Notes under the pieces: model-generated | Seen by the model: the letters and a program-made list of their open reading frames with translations, nothing else | The model's database searches: none | What the model was told of the DNA's origin: nothing | Assembly: GCA_017961285.1 (NCBI GenBank) | Contig: JAGCXO010000018.1 | Span: 874 to 64,873, forward strand | Source: Alphaproteobacteria bacterium | GTDB taxonomy: Bacteria > Pseudomonadota > Alphaproteobacteria > RF32 > CAG-239 | Length of the DNA stretch: 64,000 nt | Reading direction: 5' to 3' | In this document: piece after piece, positions 1-8,071 of the stretch | Layout: every line of letters starts with the position of its first letter | Position numbering within the stretch: the first letter of the stretch is position 1 | Position numbers and translations under genes: made by a program

Positions 1-44
1 CCGCAAAAATTAATATAAAAAAGTATATATTTTGACTATGGAGA

Positions 45-2231
45 ATGACTATGATGCGAGATTTTGTGCGCTTTTGTCTGCGCTGTTTTTTCAGACTTTT
101 TAAGGTCAAATTTGAAATGCATTTTGACCTCAATCAACTCCCCAAAAAAGGCTTATACATTTCAAACCACGTTTCCTATGTTGACCCGATTGTTTTGTTT
201 GCTTTTTTACCCGGCAACCCGATTTTTGCCCTCCACGGGCAGCTTTATCGCAGCTATTGGGTTCGCTTGCTGATGAAAACCGCCGACATCATGGAATATG
301 GCAACATTGATGTTCCCGATTTGAAGCACTTAATCGCCAAAGTCAACGAAGGCCGCTTGTGTGTCATGTTCCCCGAGGGCAGAATGACACCAAACGGCAA
401 TATTATGAAAATTTATGAAGGCGCCGGACTTTTGGCCGACAAAACCGATTCTCCGGTTATTCCGATTTGGATTAACGGTCTGCAATATTGCCACTTTTCA
501 AAAACCCGCGGCCGTTTACCGCACCGCTATTTTCCAAAAGTAAAAATCGTTGTTGACGCGCCGCGCCCCTTAAAACTGAAAGACGAATTGCGCCACCAAC
601 GCAATCATATTTCTAACGAAATTTATATGATTATGCGCGAGCAAGCTTTTAACTCCATGTATAATCCACGCATGACTGTATTTACCCAACTTATAAAAGC
701 CGCCAAAATCCACGCCAAAAAAGCATTCGGCTTCAAGCGTCCGAAAGTTTTGGAAGACATAACCCGCAAACCGAAGAGCTTTAAGGATATAATGTTGGCC
801 TCTTATGTTTTGGGACGATTCTTCGCCAAAAAATCAACACATCAAGAGTCTGTAGCTATCATGCTGCCGAATTCCGTTGCCGCAATCTGCACATTTTTCG
901 GGCTCAATGCCTATGGACAAGTTCCGGTAATGATTAACTTTAGCGCCGGTGTTCAAAACATTGTCAGCGGGCTCAAAACTACACTGACCAAAAAAGTTAT
1001 CACTTCTAAAATGTTCATCAAAAAAGCCGGTTTGGAACCGGTTGTTGATGCCATAAAAGAAAACGGATTTGAAATTTATTATCTTGAAGAAGTTGCAAAA
1101 AACATCTCTTTGGGCGCAAAAATTTTGGCCTTTTTGCAATATAAGGTAAAATATGTTCCATACAAAGCCACTCCCGACGACCGCGCGGTAATTTTGTTTA
1201 CATCCGGCTCCGAGGGGGCACCAAAAGCTGTTGTATTGTCAAATCGCAACGTCATCTCCAACGTATGGCAGATTGCTACTTTTGAAACCTTGAACCGCAC
1301 CGATGTTGTATTGAACTCCATGCCGATTTTCCATAGTTTCGGATTGGTCTTAGGCACCCTTTATGCCTTGTATCAGGGCGCAAAAGTTTTCTTATACCCG
1401 TCGCCTTTGCACTTCCGCGTCATCAGCGATTTGCTCTATGAGCTTGAGGCCACGGTTATGATTGGCACCGACACATTTTTCCGCAGCTATGCCAAAATTT
1501 CTCACCCTCTGGACTTTGGATCTTTGCGTTTGTGCTATGCCGGCGCCGAGGGCGTAAAACTTGATACGCGTAACATTTTGAATGAGCGTTTGGGTGTTCG
1601 TCTCATGGAGGCTTATGGTACCACAGAATGTTCTCCGGCCGTTGCCGGCAATAATATGGTGTTCAACAAATTTGGCACCATCGGCAAATTATGCCCCGGC
1701 ATGCAGTGCCGCTTGGACAAGATTGACGGCATCGAAAAAGGCGGCGAACTCGTAGTTAAAGGTCCGAATGTTATGGCAGGATATATTTTTGCCGACAACC
1801 CTGGAGTTTTGGTTCCGCCTGAAAACGGCTGGTATCACACCGGCGATGTTGTCGAGATTGATGAAATCGGCTTTATCAGCATTAAAGACCGCATTAAACG
1901 TTTTGCAAAAATCGGTGGTGAAATGGTATCTCTGCGCGCTGTCGAAAATATGATTAACCAAGCATTTGAGGGTAAAGAGGACTTTGCTTGCGGTGTTGTC
2001 GCCATTCCACACGAACACAAAGGCGAACAAATTGTTTTGGTTACCAACGAAACAAGTTTGACAATGGATAAATTGCGCGACTTTATCAAACAAAACGGTT
2101 ATCCGGAGTTATATATGCCTCGCACGATTTTGTATAAAGACAAAATTCCGATGTCAGCCACCGGCAAAATTGATAATGTAACGTTGAAAAAAGAAGTCTT
2201 GGCTGAACTCTCCGCCAGCAACGCCGCATAA
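45..2231 (+). CDS. aas: Bifunctional lysophospholipid acyltransferase / acyl-ACP synthetase (Aas-like)
   Basis: 728-aa ORF. The N-terminus has a PlsC-type acyltransferase box (SNHVSYVDP) and MFPEGRM. The C-terminus has AMP-binding motifs (ILFTSGSEGAPKAV, YGTTE, TGD..DRIKRF). Length and architecture match E. coli Aas from memory. Confidence 0.8.
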   Translation: MTMMRDFVRFCLRCFFRLFKVKFEMHFDLNQLPKKGLYISNHVSYVDPIVLFAFLPGNPIFALHGQLYRSYWVRLLMKTADIMEYGNIDVPDLKHLIAKVNEGRLCVMFPEGRMTPNGNIMKIYEGAGLLADKTDSPVIPIWINGLQYCHFSKTRGRLPHRYFPKVKIVVDAPRPLKLKDELRHQRNHISNEIYMIMREQAFNSMYNPRMTVFTQLIKAAKIHAKKAFGFKRPKVLEDITRKPKSFKDIMLASYVLGRFFAKKSTHQESVAIMLPNSVAAICTFFGLNAYGQVPVMINFSAGVQNIVSGLKTTLTKKVITSKMFIKKAGLEPVVDAIKENGFEIYYLEEVAKNISLGAKILAFLQYKVKYVPYKATPDDRAVILFTSGSEGAPKAVVLSNRNVISNVWQIATFETLNRTDVVLNSMPIFHSFGLVLGTLYALYQGAKVFLYPSPLHFRVISDLLYELEATVMIGTDTFFRSYAKISHPLDFGSLRLCYAGAEGVKLDTRNILNERLGVRLMEAYGTTECSPAVAGNNMVFNKFGTIGKLCPGMQCRLDKIDGIEKGGELVVKGPNVMAGYIFADNPGVLVPPENGWYHTGDVVEIDEIGFISIKDRIKRFAKIGGEMVSLRAVENMINQAFEGKEDFACGVVAIPHEHKGEQIVLVTNETSLTMDKLRDFIKQNGYPELYMPRTILYKDKIPMSATGKIDNVTLKKEVLAELSASNAA

Positions 2232-2242
2232 AAATTTGATAT

Positions 2243-4594
2243 TTACTTATCAATCTTTATTCCGACTTCCAGCATATTTTGTTTGTTTTGCCACTTATAG
2301 GTCGCGCTGTCCGTCAGTTTTTTCATCAAGAACACACCCAAACCGCCGATATTTCGCTGTTTCAAATCAACGGTAACATCAGGCATCTTATTTTTCAACG
2401 GATTATATTTTCTTCCGCTGTCAATAAATTTCACATAATAAAAACCGCCTTCCTCACGTGTCTTAACCGTAACAACGGGATTGTCAGCAGAAGTATAAGC
2501 ATATTTTGCAATATTGGCAAAAATCTCTTCAGCCGCCATAACCATATTAAACACTGCTTTTTCAGATAGCTTATATTTCAGCATATCATCTTTCAAGTAC
2601 AATAAAAATTCTTCTAATTTTTCAATTCTCGCAGAATAGGTAATTGTTCCCGCCTCATAGCCGTGAAAAACAAAATCCAACATGGTTATATCATCTGATT
2701 GCGGAGTATTTTTAACAAATTTTTTAATATCTTTTAGTATCAAATCCAAATTTTCCGACGGCACAGATTTTGTCTTTTCAAATATCTTCAACAGCCTGTT
2801 CTCACCATAAAATTTGGCATCTTTATTTTCGGCTTCTGTCACACCATCAGTATATAGCAACCAATGTGCATTTGGGAGCAATTTTATTTCTTCTTCTGCA
2901 AAAATTGCATCACTGTTAATACCCAGCACAATATTTTTTTTCACATCCATAAACGTTGCCTTGTTACCATTCATAATCAACGGAGGATTGTGTCCGGCAC
3001 TGACATATTTTGCCGTTCCGCTTAATAAATCAATTACTGCCATAAAGGCTGTTACAAACATACAACTATCATTGCCCTCACACAGCTGTTTATTGACATG
3101 ATCAAAAACAAAATCCAAACTCCGTTTGCTCTTACTTATATTTTTTATCAAAGTTATCGCCTTCATCATATATAGCGCAGCCGGAATACCTTTGCCCGAA
3201 ACATCGGCAATAACAATAGCAAATTTGTTATCATCAATAAAGAAAAAGTCATAAAAATCACCCGCCACCTGTCTTGCTGGAATCATCATTGTCGCTACAT
3301 CAAAGGCCGGATTTTGCGGATATTTTTTAGCAAGGACCGATTCTTGAATATTTTGTGCAATTTCAAGTTCACTGACAATCTTTTGCTTATCGGAAGCCTC
3401 TACCCTCTCCCTATGAATATATTCAAGCAAGTTCGTTTTCATATTTGCCAAAGCTTTTGCCAATCTTTCGACATCAGTTGAAGACGGCATATCATCAAAC
3501 TGTTCCGAAAAATCACCTTTACCATATTTTTCCGCCACATTTCCCAAAACAATCAGCTGATTTGTAGAATTATGGCTTATCCAATTAATTATCAATAACA
3601 ACAAAAGCATACACACCAACATCGCCGCTGCAACAATAATTTGAAACTGGCGAATTGGCCTCAAAAGCTCATCTTTGGAATATACCAAACAAAAACTCCA
3701 ATTTATATTTTTAATCGGCGAATAATAGAAAATCGCCGCACCATTAACTACAGATGAATATGGAATTTCTATTTGTCCGGATTTACCTTCTGCCAACTCT
3801 TTTCCCACCACATCAAGTTCTGGTAAATTCATCTTTTTTGCCAACTCAAAAATTGTCATCTTCAACGCAACTTCCGGATTGGGATGAGTAACATAAGTTC
3901 CGTAGCGCGACAACAAAAGCAACTTACCTGCTTCATAAAACGAAAAATTATTTATATTATTTTGAATATTCGACAAATCAACCGTCAAAGCAACCAAACC
4001 ATTAAAATCTTTTTGCCCCAAAAAACTAAACGGCACCAAACAGGTTACAACCACATTGCCGGTTGTTTTGTCTTGATAAGGTTCTGACCAATATATCTTT
4101 TCTTCCTTCGGAACTTCCTTAAACCACGGAAAATTATCATAAAAATTTTTAATTTTTTCTGTTTTGAAATCAATTATCCCGTCATCATTTTCATCTTCTG
4201 CCATATAAAGCGTTCCAACTGAAACATCATCCGGAGGAAAAACATAAACCCATGCATCAATAAAATTTAATTCCGAATTATAAACCGTTTTCAAAGCCGA
4301 ACTTAAAACCACATTCATCGTAGCAATATCGCCATCATTTATTTGGCTCAGGGTATTTTTTGCCGCCAATATCACATTTTCGGCATCTGTTGCCAAATCA
4401 GAAAAATCTGTGGTATACACTTCTATTGATCTTTTAGCAATATTATCAATTTGCGACTTAATAATCGGCTCTGCCTGCTTCGAAATAATAAATGCCATCA
4501 CTCCAAAACCTAAGCAAACGCAAGTCAATATACTCACATTCAGCTTAAATTTTAATGAATGGCGGCTCAGCCAAGATTTCAAAAAATTTATCAT
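2243..4594 (-). CDS. Membrane sensor PP2C/SpoIIE-family phosphatase fused to a C-terminal RsbW/SpoIIAB-type HATPase (anti-sigma kinase-like) domain
   Basis: Two TM segments flank a Cache-like periplasmic region (YWSEPYQDKTTGNVVVT). A HAMP-like linker follows, then PP2C motifs (AGDFYDFF, VIADVSGKGIPAALYM, LYTDGVTEA). The C-terminal block ends NIGGLGVFLMKKLTD. Start chosen at MINFLKS, where the ATG overlaps the upstream STAS gene stop as ATGA. Confidence 0.75.
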   Translation of the reverse strand: MINFLKSWLSRHSLKFKLNVSILTCVCLGFGVMAFIISKQAEPIIKSQIDNIAKRSIEVYTTDFSDLATDAENVILAAKNTLSQINDGDIATMNVVLSSALKTVYNSELNFIDAWVYVFPPDDVSVGTLYMAEDENDDGIIDFKTEKIKNFYDNFPWFKEVPKEEKIYWSEPYQDKTTGNVVVTCLVPFSFLGQKDFNGLVALTVDLSNIQNNINNFSFYEAGKLLLLSRYGTYVTHPNPEVALKMTIFELAKKMNLPELDVVGKELAEGKSGQIEIPYSSVVNGAAIFYYSPIKNINWSFCLVYSKDELLRPIRQFQIIVAAAMLVCMLLLLLIINWISHNSTNQLIVLGNVAEKYGKGDFSEQFDDMPSSTDVERLAKALANMKTNLLEYIHRERVEASDKQKIVSELEIAQNIQESVLAKKYPQNPAFDVATMMIPARQVAGDFYDFFFIDDNKFAIVIADVSGKGIPAALYMMKAITLIKNISKSKRSLDFVFDHVNKQLCEGNDSCMFVTAFMAVIDLLSGTAKYVSAGHNPPLIMNGNKATFMDVKKNIVLGINSDAIFAEEEIKLLPNAHWLLYTDGVTEAENKDAKFYGENRLLKIFEKTKSVPSENLDLILKDIKKFVKNTPQSDDITMLDFVFHGYEAGTITYSARIEKLEEFLLYLKDDMLKYKLSEKAVFNMVMAAEEIFANIAKYAYTSADNPVVTVKTREEGGFYYVKFIDSGRKYNPLKNKMPDVTVDLKQRNIGGLGVFLMKKLTDSATYKWQNKQNMLEVGIKIDK

Positions 4595-4908
4595 GCTTTG
4601 GGCTCTAAAATTCCATCCAAACCAGTGCATTCAAAAATATTGCGAACATCATCCGACAAATTAACCAGCTTAATTGTCCCACCCTGATATTCCACAAGCC
4701 TTTGCAGCATCAATATTGCTCTCAAACCTGCCGAAAAAACATATTCAACTGCCGACATATCCAAAACCAACTCCTTAACTCCGTTCAAATCAAGTTTGTT
4801 CATCAAGTCCGGAGATGTATTGGGGTCAAGCCAGCCTGACAACTTGCACAAAAGCTTGCCGTTTTCCTTGTTTTGTTCAATCTTCAATTCTTTATTCGTA
4901 TCAGCCAT
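4591..4908 (-). CDS. STAS-domain anti-sigma-factor antagonist (RsbV/SpoIIAA-like)
   Basis: 105 aa from the internal Met (MADTNKELKI...). STAS pattern DMSAVEYVFSAGLRAIL with the phosphorylatable Ser context. The stop overlaps the start of the phosphatase-kinase gene. Confidence 0.8.
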   Translation of the reverse strand: MADTNKELKIEQNKENGKLLCKLSGWLDPNTSPDLMNKLDLNGVKELVLDMSAVEYVFSAGLRAILMLQRLVEYQGGTIKLVNLSDDVRNIFECTGLDGILEPKA

Positions 4909-5118
4909 AAAATTTCTCCAATTTATAATCGCAACACTTATTTGAAAACAAGCTACAACAAAAACGTTAAAATCTTGATAATTATTTATAAAGAAAAACA
5001 TAAAAAAGCACCTCAACTTATACATCTCAAATTTAACCAAATTTTCAGACATCTGCATTATCATCAAATTACGTTCTTACGAACAAACTATATTCAAACA
5101 ACTGAGAAGACTTTTAAT

Positions 5119-5625
5119 ATGAATGCTGAAAAATCAATTACCGACAGCAATAAATCCGTTTTAGGATACTTTATATTATGCATCACCAAAAAATATTTCT
5201 GCTTCAAAGGCCGCGCACGTCGCAAAGAATATTGGAGTTTTATGCTGTTTCCCATTCTTATCAACCTCGCTTTGAGTTTTTCAACCATAGTAGATGGTAT
5301 CTCTGATAATGATATTAATATTATAAGAGGAATTGTTATTTTAGTTCTATTAATTCCAGGTTTTGCCGTATTATTCCGACGGCTGCACGATATAAATTTC
5401 TCGGGTTTATGGGGAATTGCTCCATTTTTAGGTATGTATATTGGTGGTAAAATGCTCATCTTTGCTATAAACGGAGCAAATACAGGCATTGCGATTATTC
5501 TATTGTTTTCGCAAATTATAACTATTATCTCTAGTTTTGGATTTTGGGCAGTATTTATCCTAACTTTATTCGAAAGCGATATGAAAGAAAACAAATACGG
5601 GCCAATACCGGAAGGTGTAAAATAA
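5119..5625 (+). CDS. DUF805-family inner-membrane protein
   Basis: Start at MNAEKS. Characteristic GRARRKEYWSF motif followed by several TM helices. The upstream part of the tracked ORF looks non-coding. Confidence 0.7.
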   Translation: MNAEKSITDSNKSVLGYFILCITKKYFCFKGRARRKEYWSFMLFPILINLALSFSTIVDGISDNDINIIRGIVILVLLIPGFAVLFRRLHDINFSGLWGIAPFLGMYIGGKMLIFAINGANTGIAIILLFSQIITIISSFGFWAVFILTLFESDMKENKYGPIPEGVK

Positions 5626-5638
5626 ATACATAGTCGCG

Positions 5639-5656
5639 CAGAGTTCGAAGCCCGCC
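5639..5656. repeat. 18-nt repeat cagagttcgaagcccgcc (copy 1), resembling a tRNA T-arm
   Basis: Identical 18-mer at 6708-6725. Both copies are followed by (c)ttaa. Differs at one position from the last 16 nt of the T-arm of the adjacent tRNA-Arg (gagttcgaatcccgcc) but lies on the opposite strand. Confidence 0.7.
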
Positions 5657-5680
5657 CTTAATAACTACAGTGTTAAAAAA

Positions 5681-6409
5681 TTATTTTTGTATTATCTTAT
5701 CTAAATCTGCTAAATCTTCGTAGGACAAAAGAAAAACCCCACAATTTTGAGCAAGTTGTCGTGCTGAAGAGGTATAAGTATTGTTGGTAACTACAGCCGC
5801 ATAATCTGTTTTGTAAAAGGATTTCCCAGAATTAGCTTCCTGAACAGCTTTATTCCCAACAGGTTGACTGTATAATTTACATTGAATAGCAATACTACTA
5901 CCATTTTTTTCAGCTATAACATCTATACCTTGGTCCAACGATTTTTGTGTTGTACGAGCAGACCAGCCACATTTATTAAGTATTTGTGCACATTGTTTTT
6001 CAAAATCATATGGACTAATATTAGAAGAAAAAGAAACCTCATCAATATTTACATTTTCTTTCATATTATTAACTACTTGTTCTATCAAATCTTCTTGATT
6101 GAATTCTACAATATTATTTTCTGGTTCAATGACGTTTTTAATGAAGTATCTAAGTTCTCTCTTAAAACTATCTGTTTTTATGATTCCATAATCATCTTTA
6201 TAAACTAATTGCTTAAATTTTTTTACAAGTACATCATGATATTCTGTCAATTTTGAATTAATCAAAACATTTAATCTATTTTCTTTTTCTTCAATTTCTT
6301 TTCGTTTCTTCTTCTTTTTATTATACACAAAAATACCAGCAATACACACAAATACGATTTTAATAATCCATTCAAGTACTGTAGCAAAATCATCTTTTTT
6401 CCTAGTCAT
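5681..6409 (-). CDS. Membrane-anchored Mrr-like restriction-endonuclease-fold protein
   Basis: N-terminal TM helix plus a K/E-rich stretch. The C-terminal Mrr_cat-type core reads PYDFEKQCAQIL..GIDVIAEKNGSSIAIQCKLY..VGNKAVQE..VVTNNTYTSSA. Confidence 0.65.
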   Translation of the reverse strand: MTRKKDDFATVLEWIIKIVFVCIAGIFVYNKKKKKRKEIEEKENRLNVLINSKLTEYHDVLVKKFKQLVYKDDYGIIKTDSFKRELRYFIKNVIEPENNIVEFNQEDLIEQVVNNMKENVNIDEVSFSSNISPYDFEKQCAQILNKCGWSARTTQKSLDQGIDVIAEKNGSSIAIQCKLYSQPVGNKAVQEANSGKSFYKTDYAAVVTNNTYTSSARQLAQNCGVFLLSYEDLADLDKIIQK

Positions 6410-6522
6410 AAAGAATCTCCATTGAGAATATTGTAAATTCCTTATTTAATTTAATCTAATTTACACTAGAAGCAAGTATGTTTTTTATTTTCAATATCAA
6501 AATCTGAATTCGATAATTTCAC

Positions 6523-6586
6523 GCCCGTCCTTACAAACAAAAAACCCTCCGCTTGGGAGGGTTTTCAAAATTGGCGCGCTCGGCGG
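6523..6586. repeat. Direct repeat copy A: terminator hairpin plus a duplicate of the last 15 nt of tRNA-Arg
   Basis: 6534-6586 is identical to 6730-6782 (53 nt, offset 196). It includes ccctccgcttgggaggg and tggcgcgctcggcgg, the 3' end of the tRNA including CCA. Flanking similarity extends to gcccg(t)cctta. Confidence 0.85.
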
Positions 6587-6718
6587 ATGGCCGTAGAAAA
6601 AACTGCCCTAATGCAGTTTTTTCTTAGGAGACACAATGAGACTTTCTTTTGTTAGCGAGATTACATCGAAGCGCAACAAAAGATTTAGTCGGAATTGAAC
6701 GAACTCACAGAGTTCGAA

Positions 6719-6782
6719 GCCCGCCTTAACAAACAAAAAACCCTCCGCTTGGGAGGGTTTTCAAAATTGGCGCGCTCGGCGG
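6719..6782. repeat. Direct repeat copy B, overlapping the genuine 3' end of tRNA-Arg
   Basis: See copy A. This copy continues into the intact tRNA. Confidence 0.85.
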
Positions 6783-6844
6783 GATTCGAACTCACAACCT
6801 TCTGATCCGTAGTCAGATGCTCTATCCAATTGAGCTACGAGCGC
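6768..6844 (-). tRNA. tRNA-Arg (anticodon ACG)
   Basis: The reverse complement reads GCGCTCG-TA-GCTC..GAGC-A-TCTGA-CTACGGA-TCAGA-AGGTT-GTGAG-TTCGAAT-CCCGC-CGAGCGC-G-CCA. Cloverleaf folds by eye, with an encoded CCA. Confidence 0.9.
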
Positions 6845-6922
6845 ATTATTCATGCTTGTGAAAAGACTAATACATTCTTTTATTTTTTTTTGCAAGCAAA
6901 ATTTACAAATTTTTTCAAAAAA

Positions 6923-8071
6923 TCAGTCTTTTCCTAAGTTAGTATCTCGATTCACGTACATCGCCATAATAATTCCGAAACTCGCCATCACCGAAAGCAT
7001 AACCGTTCCACCGTAAGAAATCATCGGCAGCGGAACACCCACAACCGGTATCAAACCCAAAACCATGGCTATATTGATAAACACATACAAAAAATAATTT
7101 GTTGCCAACCCGATAATTGTCAACTTTCCAAAATAGCTGGTCGTCCTCATTGCAAATGAATAGCTATAAACCAAAACCAAAACATTAAGAAAAATAACCA
7201 AAAATCCGCCGACAAAACCAAATTCTTCCGAGAGCATTGTAAAAATAAAGTCCGTATGCTTTTCCGGCAAAAAATTCAAATGACTTTGCGTTCCGCTCAT
7301 AAATCCCTTGCCCCAAAAGCCACCTGAGCCCAAAGCGATTTTTGATTGCATAATATGATAACCCGCGCCCAAAGGATCTCTCTCCGGATTAAGAAAAGTC
7401 AAAACTCTCTGTTTTTGATAATCATGCAAAAAATGCCACACAACCGGCAACATCGCCGCACCGCCGACAGATACAATCGCAAACTTAAACAACTGCACTC
7501 CCACAACAAACAAAACTATTCCGGTGGTAAACAACAGCATCATTGCTGTTCCCAAATCCGGTTGCATCATAATCAGCACCGCCGGAACAGCACCCATCAG
7601 CAGCGGAGGAATAATTCCACCGATTGTCTCAATATTCTGCAAAGTTGTAGAATGAAAATATTTCGCCAACGCCAACACAAGAGCAATTTTCATCAGTTCC
7701 GAAGGCTGCAACTTCATAAAACCCAAGTTTATCCAACGCGTTGCCCCCATTCCCGTATATCCGGCAACTTCTACAACAATCAACAAAATCAAAGTAAAAG
7801 CATAAAAATAATACGCATAATGCAAAAAGCGTTTGATATCAACAAAGACCAGCGCCAACATCAAAGCTCCCCCCATAGCCACACGTACTGCATGATTAAA
7901 CGCCCAAACTTTCCAATCTCCGTTTGCCGCGGAATATAGCATCAAAACACCAATCAAAGCCAACAAAAATACAAAGAAAAAATACTTAAAACTCATATTA
8001 TATATTTTTTCCTTAAAAGACAAATTCGGATTATGAAAACCTGTTTTATAAAACTTATACATACTATTCAC
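6923..8071 (-). CDS. rodA: Peptidoglycan glycosyltransferase RodA (SEDS family)
   Basis: 382 aa, about 10 TM helices, FtsW/RodA motifs (QPSELMK, DLGTA, PEKHTDFIF, PLPMISYGG). Overlaps the mrdA stop. Confidence 0.9.
   Translation of the reverse strand: MNSMYKFYKTGFHNPNLSFKEKIYNMSFKYFFFVFLLALIGVLMLYSAANGDWKVWAFNHAVRVAMGGALMLALVFVDIKRFLHYAYYFYAFTLILLIVVEVAGYTGMGATRWINLGFMKLQPSELMKIALVLALAKYFHSTTLQNIETIGGIIPPLLMGAVPAVLIMMQPDLGTAMMLLFTTGIVLFVVGVQLFKFAIVSVGGAAMLPVVWHFLHDYQKQRVLTFLNPERDPLGAGYHIMQSKIALGSGGFWGKGFMSGTQSHLNFLPEKHTDFIFTMLSEEFGFVGGFLVIFLNVLVLVYSYSFAMRTTSYFGKLTIIGLATNYFLYVFINIAMVLGLIPVVGVPLPMISYGGTVMLSVMASFGIIMAMYVNRDTNLGKD

Noticed and set aside
6636-6698. A 20-codon ORF (MRLSFVSEITSKRNKRFSRN) with an aggag SD, located between the two tRNA-Arg att-like repeats.
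   Set aside because: It is too short and featureless to call. It may be a remnant of a deleted element. It is mentioned only in the att-scar finding.
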